Shown piece after piece: positions 16,264 to 23,039 of a DNA stretch of 42,578 nt. The stretch comes from a virus. Lineage: Duplodnaviria > Caudoviricetes. The stretch covers positions 1-42,578 of IMG/VR virus record IMGVR_UViG_3300032226_000526. One strand, written 5' to 3'. Position numbers and translations under genes: made by a program. The notes under the pieces were generated by a model. It was not told the origin of the DNA. It did not search any database and worked only from the letters and a program-made list of their open reading frames with translations. How positions within the stretch are numbered: the first letter of the stretch is position 1; the number at the start of each line of letters is the position of its first letter.

Positions 16264-16655
16264 TGACAACTAAAAAAGCAAACCCGTCTAAGTACGACCC
16301 GGCCATGTGTGATCGCATGATCGAGCTTGGTAAGCTGGGCGCGTCACAAAAAATGATATGGTCTGACCTGAGCATATCAAAAGGCACCGCGGAGACTTGG
16401 AAGAAGAAGCACCCGGATTTTGCCGAGGCCTTGGACCTTTCCTTGGTCCACGCACAGGCGTACTGGGAACGTGAGCTACTGGCAAACGTCGACAACAAGG
16501 GATACAACAGCCGACTGGCCGAGATTGCGTTACGTGGCCAGTTCCAGCAAGACTACCGAGAGACGCGGGACACTAAAATAGAAGCGAAGATCGAAGCAAA
16601 GATCGACTTCCAAAAAGAGATAGCCGATTTGATTTCCGCCCTAAAGTCCCAATAA
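16263..16655 (+). CDS. terminase small subunit-like HTH protein
   Basis: PSKYDPAMCD..IELGKLG...ISKGTAETWKKKHPDFAEAL..A.AYWE pattern. Confidence 0.65.
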   Translation: MTTKKANPSKYDPAMCDRMIELGKLGASQKMIWSDLSISKGTAETWKKKHPDFAEALDLSLVHAQAYWERELLANVDNKGYNSRLAEIALRGQFQQDYRETRDTKIEAKIEAKIDFQKEIADLISALKSQ

Positions 16656-16680
16656 AAATAAATATTCAGTTTTGACCAAA

Positions 16681-16706
16681 AAAGGCCCTACGGGGCCTTT
16701 ATTTTT
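16681..16706 (+). terminator. rho-independent terminator
   Basis: AAAGGCCC-TACG-GGGCCTTT followed by ATTTTT (UNCG loop). Confidence 0.8.
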
Positions 16707-16715
16707 GCATTAGTA
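16704..16715 (+). promoter_or_regulatory. TTTGCATTAGTA motif
   Basis: Exact copy overlapping the terminator U tract, upstream of DUF2800. Confidence 0.7.
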
Positions 16716-16745
16716 TATATACCTAAACAGAATTGAAAGAATAAG

Positions 16746-17879
16746 ATGACCGCACACGCGCTATTAAGCGCCTCCGGATCTAAACGATGGCTAACATGTA
16801 CGCCAAGTGCCAGACTAGAGGCAACACTCCCCGAACCAAAGAAAAATTCAGACGCATTTGATTTTAGCCAAGAGGGCACTACCGCCCACTCACTGGCTGA
16901 GATAAAACTTCGCCAGCATTTTGGACAAATTGGAACCGAGGAATATGAGACAGAATATGACACAATTAAAAACACACCCTACTACAACGACGATTTCGAG
17001 GCTAACGTCGATAATTACGTTCTATATGTACGCTCTCAGATCGGTGATGGTGACACCCCGTTATTTGAGCAACGCGTGGACTTCTCTGACTGGGTGCCTG
17101 ACGGATTTGGTACGGCCGACGTGGTTATACTTTCTAAGCACGCCATTCGTGTCATCGACCTCAAGTTTGGAAAGGGTGTGTCTGTCTCCGCGATCGACAA
17201 CACCCAACTACGATTATATGCGCTGGGTGCTTATTCCAAGTTTAAAGAAGAGTATCCGGACATCAAAGAAGTATCCTACACGATCCACCAGCCTCGCCTG
17301 GACAGTATCAGTACTGATGGCACCACCGTTAATAAACTCATAGACTGGGCCAGTTACTTTGTTAAACCTAAAGCAAAAAAAGCATGGAGCGGATCCGGTG
17401 AGTTTATTCCCGGCGACCATTGTCAATTCTGCCGTGCGAAAGCGCAATGCAGAGCGCGTTCTGACTTCAATACGGAGCTCGCTAAGCAAGAGTTTAGAGC
17501 GCCGCCCCTTTTAGACGAAGAAGAACTAGCCAACGTGCTAGCCAAGGCACAGGACCTACGGACCTGGGTAGCGGACGTTGAAGAGTACGCGCTTGAGAAA
17601 GCAGTTAGTGAGAACAAGCTACCGACTGGCTTTAAATTATCGACCACGGTAACGCACCGCAAGATCACGGACCAGCTACTAGCTGTTGAGGTATTAAAAG
17701 ATAAAGGTGTGCCAGAAGAACAGCTCTGGGAATCACCAAAGCTAAAGTCAATCGCGACACTAGAAAAGCTAAGACCAAAGGGCCAGGTTGTGGCGTGGTT
17801 AGGTGAGCTAGTGCAGCGACCAGAGGGTTCACCCAAACTGGTCCGCGTCCAGGAGACTGCAACGGAAGACTTTAAATGA
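16746..17879 (+). CDS. DUF2800 family PD-(D/E)xK (Cas4-like) exonuclease
   Basis: HALLSASGSKRWLTC, EGTTAH, FGTAD, VIDLKFGKG, NTQLRLYALG, HCQFC..KAQC. Confidence 0.9.
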   Translation: MTAHALLSASGSKRWLTCTPSARLEATLPEPKKNSDAFDFSQEGTTAHSLAEIKLRQHFGQIGTEEYETEYDTIKNTPYYNDDFEANVDNYVLYVRSQIGDGDTPLFEQRVDFSDWVPDGFGTADVVILSKHAIRVIDLKFGKGVSVSAIDNTQLRLYALGAYSKFKEEYPDIKEVSYTIHQPRLDSISTDGTTVNKLIDWASYFVKPKAKKAWSGSGEFIPGDHCQFCRAKAQCRARSDFNTELAKQEFRAPPLLDEEELANVLAKAQDLRTWVADVEEYALEKAVSENKLPTGFKLSTTVTHRKITDQLLAVEVLKDKGVPEEQLWESPKLKSIATLEKLRPKGQVVAWLGELVQRPEGSPKLVRVQETATEDFK

Positions 17880-18019
17880 GCACCTGGCTAATAGCGGGGA
17901 TGGGCCTCGTGTATTTTATTGTGGCGATTGATCAATTTATGAAGGGCGGCATTGGTACGGGTATCATGTTTATAGGTTACGCGGTTGGCAACGTGGGGCT
18001 TGTACTTGTCGCAAAATAG
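17876..18019 (+). CDS. small membrane protein (47 aa, not in ORF track)
   Basis: MSTWLIAGMGLVYFIVAID...FIGYAVGNVGL. Confidence 0.65.
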   Translation: MSTWLIAGMGLVYFIVAIDQFMKGGIGTGIMFIGYAVGNVGLVLVAK

Positions 18020-18020
18020 C

Positions 18021-18278
18021 ATGAAGGTTAAATTTTATAACGCAGAGTTTGATATACCGGAATTAATGATTGACAAGTACATTAAAGACTTTAATGGATT
18101 ATCTGGGCGCGGTCTTCGGCACGAAGTTAATATACTTCGCAACTCAATTGGCAGTATACTTGACGTGGTGGCGGAAGATCCTGAGATGCTACACGAGCCA
18201 GAGTACTTAGTTGATTTTATTCAAGCGATGGCAATGAAGAAAGCGATGGAGAAACATGGAATATTTTATGACGCATGA
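18021..18278 (+). CDS. hypothetical protein
   Basis: Likely start MKVKFY at 18021. Confidence 0.65.
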   Translation: MKVKFYNAEFDIPELMIDKYIKDFNGLSGRGLRHEVNILRNSIGSILDVVAEDPEMLHEPEYLVDFIQAMAMKKAMEKHGIFYDA

Positions 18279-18402
18279 AAAGAAGTTATCACAAGAAGAA
18301 CTATCAAAGATTCAAGATACCCAAGAGCAAACACTTGCAGATTATTACAGAAGACGTCTAGAATATTGGGATTATCATATTGTGAAAAATATAAGTGAAT
18401 AA
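18268..18402 (+). CDS. small hypothetical protein (44 aa, not in ORF track)
   Basis: Open frame MTHEKKLSQEEL...KNISE* filling the gap. Confidence 0.4.
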   Translation: MTHEKKLSQEELSKIQDTQEQTLADYYRRRLEYWDYHIVKNISE

Positions 18403-18403
18403 T

Positions 18404-18415
18404 TTTGCATTAGTA
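18404..18415 (+). promoter_or_regulatory. TTTGCATTAGTA motif
   Basis: Exact intergenic copy upstream of the SSB gene. Confidence 0.7.
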
Positions 18416-18420
18416 TATGT

Positions 18421-18465
18421 AGTAAAGGGTAGACGAACTGGCCCCTATTGAAGTCCAGTTCTACA
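18421..18465 (+). ncRNA. structured 5' leader (H-type pseudoknot candidate) of the SSB gene
   Basis: AGGG 18426-29 pairs with CCCT 18443-46, and GAACTGG 18435-41 with CCAGTTC 18455-61, interleaved. Confidence 0.5.
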
Positions 18466-18482
18466 GGTATAAAGGAATCAAA

Positions 18483-19004
18483 ATGGCTCAAGCCACTACT
18501 AAAGTAAAAGTTGTAACTGGTAAAGTGCGTTTCTCGTACGCGCACGTATTTCAACCCGCCTCCTCAATCGAGGGTGGTACACCAAAGTACTCTGTATCAA
18601 TCATTATCCCCAAGTCTGACAAGGACACCATTGCACGCCTCACAAAAGCATTTGAAGAGACCAAGGCCGCGGCGTCTGCATACTTCGGCGGCGCCGTACC
18701 TAAGAACTTAAAGGGTGGCCTGCGTGATGGCGATGCAGAGAAGGACGACCCAGCGTACGCAAACAGCTACTTCATCAACGCAAACTCGGCACAAAAGCCG
18801 GGCGTCGTAGATCAAGACCTTAACCCGATCATTGACAGCAGCGAGTTCTACAGCGGGTGCTATGGCCGCGCATCAATCACGTTCTACCCATACAATGCAC
18901 AAGGTTCTAAGGGTATTGCGTGCGGTTTAAATAACGTGCAGAAGTTAGAAGAAGGTGAGAAGTTAGGTGGTAGCACAACAGCAGCAGCCGACTTCGCAGT
19001 TTAA
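18483..19004 (+). CDS. DUF2815 family single-stranded DNA-binding protein
   Basis: VRFSYAHVF, KYSVSIIIPK, LRDGD, FYSGCYGRAS, GIACGLNNVQK, ..ADF C-terminus. Confidence 0.9.
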   Translation: MAQATTKVKVVTGKVRFSYAHVFQPASSIEGGTPKYSVSIIIPKSDKDTIARLTKAFEETKAAASAYFGGAVPKNLKGGLRDGDAEKDDPAYANSYFINANSAQKPGVVDQDLNPIIDSSEFYSGCYGRASITFYPYNAQGSKGIACGLNNVQKLEEGEKLGGSTTAAADFAV

Positions 19005-19019
19005 GTAGTATAGTAGTGC

Positions 19020-19056
19020 AAGGGAGTGCCCGTAGAAACTGCGGCCTCCCTTTTTT
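19020..19056 (+). terminator. rho-independent terminator
   Basis: AGGGAG..CCGTAG-AAA-CTGCGG..CTCCCT followed by TTTTT. Confidence 0.7.
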
Positions 19057-19085
19057 ATCAACCCATATAACATAGAGAACAATAA

Positions 19086-20960
19086 ATGGATCAGTACCAA
19101 GAATACATTGCCGCCAGCAGATACGCCCGCTTTCAAGATGATAAACAACGCCGAGAGACCTGGGCCGAGACAGTAGATCGCTACGTAGACTATATTTTTA
19201 CTAGAACACCGGCGATACAAGATAAGACAGAATTACGAAATGAAATTTTTGATGCTATCCATAACCTAGATTTAATGCCGTCCATGCGCGCCATGATGAC
19301 GGCAGGAAAGAGTGCCGATCGTGATAACACCTGTGTCTATAATTGCTCGTATCTCCCGGTGGATGACCCCAAATCGTTCGATGAGGCGATGTTTATATTG
19401 TTATGCGGAACAGGAGTCGGCTTCTCTGTCGAGTCTAAATACATATCCAATCTGCCAGAAGTGCCTGAGAAACTTTTCGAGTCTGAACACACCATCGTCG
19501 TCCACGACTCCAAAGAAGGATGGGCAAAATCACTCCGCCTGCTTATTGCAAATCTCTACGCAGGCGAGGTCCCTAAGTGGGACGTCTCTTCCATCCGACC
19601 TGCCGGAGCAAGACTCAAAACATTTGGCGGAAGAGCTTCAGGGCCGGAACCATTAGTCGACCTGTTTAAGTTTACCGTAGCTACATTTAAGCACGCGGCG
19701 GGCCGTCGTTTGAACTCGTTAGAGTGCCACGACCTGATGTGTAAAATTGGTGAGGTAGTTGTCGTGGGTGGCGTACGTCGCTCGGCAATGATCTCATTGT
19801 CTGACCTTGACGATGAAAGGATCCGTCATGCTAAAGCTGGACCCTGGTGGGAGACTGCACCTCACCGTGCACTCGCCAATAATAGCGCGGTGTATAGTGA
19901 GACTCCTACCGTTGGAAAGTTTATGGAAGAGTGGCTATCTCTATACAATTCACACAGCGGAGAGCGTGGCATATTTAACCGTGAAGCTGCCAAAAATACC
20001 GTTGCTAAGTATGGACACCGTGATCCTAACTTTGAGTTCGGAACTAACCCCTGCTCAGAAATTATTCTTCGGCCCTACCAATTTTGTAACCTTACGGAGG
20101 CAGTGGTAAGATATGATGACACTGAAGAAACGCTTCTTAGAAAAGTACGAATCGCTTCAATTCTTGGCACAATCCAGGCCACTTTTACAAAGTTTCCGTA
20201 TCTGCGCAAAGTGTGGCAACGTAACACCGAGGAAGAGAGATTGTTGGGAGTGTCGCTTACAGGCATTTACGACAACCCTCTACTAACAACACAGGGAGAC
20301 AAACTAAATGAGTTACTATCACGACTTAGAGAGGAAGCTCGAAGAGCCAATGAGGAGTACGCAGCTCTGCTCGGAATACCTAAGAGTGCTGCGATCACTT
20401 GCGTTAAACCATCCGGAACCGTCAGCCAACTTGTTGATAGCGCATCTGGAATACACCCAAGACATAGTGCGTTCTATATCCGCCGAGTTAGAGGAGATAA
20501 AAAAGACCCTCTTACACAATTCTTAATTAACCAAGGAGTGCCGAGTGAAGACGATGTTTACAAACCTACTCAGACAACTGTGTTCAGTTTTCCGATTAAA
20601 GCCCCAGCAGGAATCACAAGATCCGACGTTACCCCAATGGATCATCTCTCCCTCTGGCTCACATATCAACGACACTGGTGTGAGCATAAACCTAGCGTCA
20701 CGATCTCCGTCGAAGAAAAAGACTGGCCAACAGTCGGCGCGTGGACCTGGGAAAACTTCAGCGAAATCTCAGGGGTCTCGTATCTCCCGTACGACGGCGG
20801 CACCTACCGCCAAGCCCCGTACGAAGAGTGCACCGAAGAAGAGTACAACGAGCTCAAAGCCAAAGTCCCAACGATCAACTGGAACGAGTTCAAAGAAGTC
20901 ACAGACAACGTCGAAGGCGCGCAACAGTTAGCCTGTACCGCAGGAAGTTGCGAGATATAA
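19086..20960 (+). CDS. nrdJ: class II (adenosylcobalamin-dependent) ribonucleotide reductase
   Basis: YNCSY, GTGVGFS, GGVRRSAMISL, TNPCSEI, CVKPSGTVSQL, C-terminal ACTAGSCEI; no nrdB beta subunit adjacent. Confidence 0.92.
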   Translation: MDQYQEYIAASRYARFQDDKQRRETWAETVDRYVDYIFTRTPAIQDKTELRNEIFDAIHNLDLMPSMRAMMTAGKSADRDNTCVYNCSYLPVDDPKSFDEAMFILLCGTGVGFSVESKYISNLPEVPEKLFESEHTIVVHDSKEGWAKSLRLLIANLYAGEVPKWDVSSIRPAGARLKTFGGRASGPEPLVDLFKFTVATFKHAAGRRLNSLECHDLMCKIGEVVVVGGVRRSAMISLSDLDDERIRHAKAGPWWETAPHRALANNSAVYSETPTVGKFMEEWLSLYNSHSGERGIFNREAAKNTVAKYGHRDPNFEFGTNPCSEIILRPYQFCNLTEAVVRYDDTEETLLRKVRIASILGTIQATFTKFPYLRKVWQRNTEEERLLGVSLTGIYDNPLLTTQGDKLNELLSRLREEARRANEEYAALLGIPKSAAITCVKPSGTVSQLVDSASGIHPRHSAFYIRRVRGDKKDPLTQFLINQGVPSEDDVYKPTQTTVFSFPIKAPAGITRSDVTPMDHLSLWLTYQRHWCEHKPSVTISVEEKDWPTVGAWTWENFSEISGVSYLPYDGGTYRQAPYEECTEEEYNELKAKVPTINWNEFKEVTDNVEGAQQLACTAGSCEI

Positions 20961-21030
20961 AAAGTTTACCGATCGGGAATAATTTAATAAAAAGTTAGCA
21001 AAAATAAGAAAAAGTTACCGATCGGGAAAT
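20959..21030. repeat. two direct copies of near-palindrome TTACCGATCGGGAA
   Basis: 20966-20979 and 21015-21028, each preceded by AAAAAG(T), in an A-rich intergenic region. Confidence 0.8.
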
Positions 21031-21050
21031 ATTTCACATGGTGGTGATTT

Positions 21051-21075
21051 GGGGAGCTTTGGCTCCCCTTTTTTT
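21051..21075 (+). terminator. rho-independent terminator
   Basis: GGGGAGC-TTTG-GCTCCCC-TTTTTTT. Confidence 0.85.
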
Positions 21076-21084
21076 GCATTAGTA
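21073..21084 (+). promoter_or_regulatory. TTTGCATTAGTA motif
   Basis: Exact copy overlapping the terminator U tract, upstream of the DNA polymerase. Confidence 0.7.
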
Positions 21085-21119
21085 TAATTGCCGATACGTC
21101 GGACAGCCTAAGGAGCGCT

Positions 21120-23039
21120 ATGATTTTTTCGATTGACTTTGAAACACGCAGTAAGGCCAACCTGCCAGACGTAGGCCTTGACATCTACGCCAACGACCCC
21201 ACAACAGAAGTGTTGTGTATTGCGTTTGGCACCGCACCAGAGAACGTACAAGTTTTTAAACCAGATAGAGGATTTGGTTTACTAAGGATACTAAACCACG
21301 TCCGCAACGGCGGCAAGATCCAAGCGTGGAACGCCATGTTTGAGTACGCTATCTGGAACTGCGTCTGCGTGCCTAAGTACCACTGGCCGGTATTAAAGCT
21401 CGAGCAGTGCATTGACACCATGGCCGTAGCCGCGGCCAATAATATACCACAGGGCTTGGATGAGGCCGGCGCCTTTACGGACGCTAAGTACCAGAAAGAC
21501 CCTATTGGAAAGAGGCTTATTCAGAAGCTCTGTAAACCAAATAGCAAGGGTGGCTTTAATGACGACCCCGAGCTATTAAAGCAGCTCTTTGATTACTGTG
21601 CCCAAGACGTACGCACAGAGATGGCCATAGGAAGCGTTTTAAGGCCCCTGGAAGACGTCGAACAGGAAGTCTGGACCCTCACCCAGCGGATCAATACAAG
21701 AGGCGTTCCTGTGGATCCTAGAGAGCTCCACAACGCCTGTTTGGCCGTGGTAAAGGCACAGAATGCCATTGATAATGAATGCTTCGTTTTGACTGGTTGT
21801 AAGCCCTCAGAGAGAGCCAAATTACTGGCTTGGGTTAACAAGATGATGATTGAGCCGTTGCCAGATTTAACAGCCGAGACAGTAGAGAAAACACTTAAAC
21901 TGGGCCACCTATTTAAACCCCTTCGTAGGGCACTGGAGCTAAGACAAGAGGGGAGCCAAACTAGCGTGGCTAAGTACGCTAAAATGTTGGAGGTACAACG
22001 TGAAGGAAGAATCAGAAATACGCTTGTCTATCATGGGGCTAGCACTGGGCGTTGGGCTTCTCGTGGTGGACTTAACCTACAGAATATCGCTCGGCCTAAT
22101 CTATCCGATGAAGAAATTGAGAGATGTATACCTCGAGTTTTTGATCAGGCGACTGGTAGCATGGGAGAGCTATCCTCTCTTGTTCGAAGTGGAATCAAGG
22201 CGCCGGATGGAAAAACCTTTGTGGACGTTGATTTCTCGTCTATTGAGAACCGAGTAGGTGTCTGGCTTGCAAACCAAAATGATAAAGTAGAAATGTTTAG
22301 GAAGGGATTAGATGAATACAAAATGTTTGCCTCGCAGTCGCTCTACCGAGTGCCTTACGAAGAGGTTACAAAAGATCAACGACAAGTTGCTAAGTCCGCT
22401 GTACTTGGGGCAATGTTTGGGCAGGGTGCAAAGGGTCTTGTCCGCTATGCGGAAGGAATGGGAGTCAAGCTCGACGAGCCACAAGCAAAAAGCGCCGTAG
22501 ATAACTACCGTACGTCGTATGCCAAGGTCAAGGAGTTGTGGGGGATGTGCGAGAGCGCGGCGATCCAGGCTGTAGAGAACCTGGGTTCGCCGTTCGCGGC
22601 GGGTGGAAAGATTACATTGAAGTGCGTGAAGGGTGCGTTATGGATGCACTTACCGAGTGGTAGGCTAATCTGTTGGCAAAGGCCACAGCTCGAGTTGCTC
22701 ACTACACCCTGGGGGAGTGAAAAGCTCGGTGTTACGGTTCATAGCCAGAATACTTTTACCCGGCAGTGGACCAGGAACGCCATCATCGGCAGTAGTATCT
22801 TCCAGTCCGCGGTACAGGGTACCGCCCGTGATTTTCTTGCCGTGGCTATGCTTAACCTTGATAAAGCCGGTTACGAAGTGATTAACAGCGTGCATGATGA
22901 AGTCTTACTCCTCGTTGAAGAACAAAACGGGGAGTCCGCAATGGCCGACGTAATCCGTATTATGACTACACCACCGTCGTGGGCTCCCGATTTTCCTCTC
23001 GCAGCGGAGGGCTGGCACGGCAAGCGTTACCGTAAGTAA
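21120..23039 (+). CDS. polA: family A DNA polymerase with 3'-5' exonuclease
   Basis: IDFET (ExoI), AWNAMFE, YCAQDV, TGRWAS..LNLQN, DFSSIENR (motif A), RQVAKSAVLGAMFG (motif B), VHDE (motif C). Confidence 0.93.
   Translation: MIFSIDFETRSKANLPDVGLDIYANDPTTEVLCIAFGTAPENVQVFKPDRGFGLLRILNHVRNGGKIQAWNAMFEYAIWNCVCVPKYHWPVLKLEQCIDTMAVAAANNIPQGLDEAGAFTDAKYQKDPIGKRLIQKLCKPNSKGGFNDDPELLKQLFDYCAQDVRTEMAIGSVLRPLEDVEQEVWTLTQRINTRGVPVDPRELHNACLAVVKAQNAIDNECFVLTGCKPSERAKLLAWVNKMMIEPLPDLTAETVEKTLKLGHLFKPLRRALELRQEGSQTSVAKYAKMLEVQREGRIRNTLVYHGASTGRWASRGGLNLQNIARPNLSDEEIERCIPRVFDQATGSMGELSSLVRSGIKAPDGKTFVDVDFSSIENRVGVWLANQNDKVEMFRKGLDEYKMFASQSLYRVPYEEVTKDQRQVAKSAVLGAMFGQGAKGLVRYAEGMGVKLDEPQAKSAVDNYRTSYAKVKELWGMCESAAIQAVENLGSPFAAGGKITLKCVKGALWMHLPSGRLICWQRPQLELLTTPWGSEKLGVTVHSQNTFTRQWTRNAIIGSSIFQSAVQGTARDFLAVAMLNLDKAGYEVINSVHDEVLLLVEEQNGESAMADVIRIMTTPPSWAPDFPLAAEGWHGKRYRK

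Noticed and set aside
16746-17879. CRISPR-associated Cas4 or a CRISPR system
   Set aside because: DUF2800 nuclease in the usual DUF2800-DUF2815-PolA replication module; no repeat-spacer array or other cas genes seen
18373-18387. TATCATATTGTGAAA as a third origin-type box
   Set aside because: Three mismatches to TTTCACATCGTGAAA and inside a probable small ORF; may be chance
20959-21030. Mini CRISPR array
   Set aside because: Only two ~20-bp units separated by a low-complexity A-rich spacer, with no leader or cas genes
547-22895. Minus-strand and alternative-frame ORFs in the + arm (e.g. 1908..2378, 17423..17836, 20545..20931)
   Set aside because: Shadow frames of well-supported genes, without SD sequences or recognisable motifs
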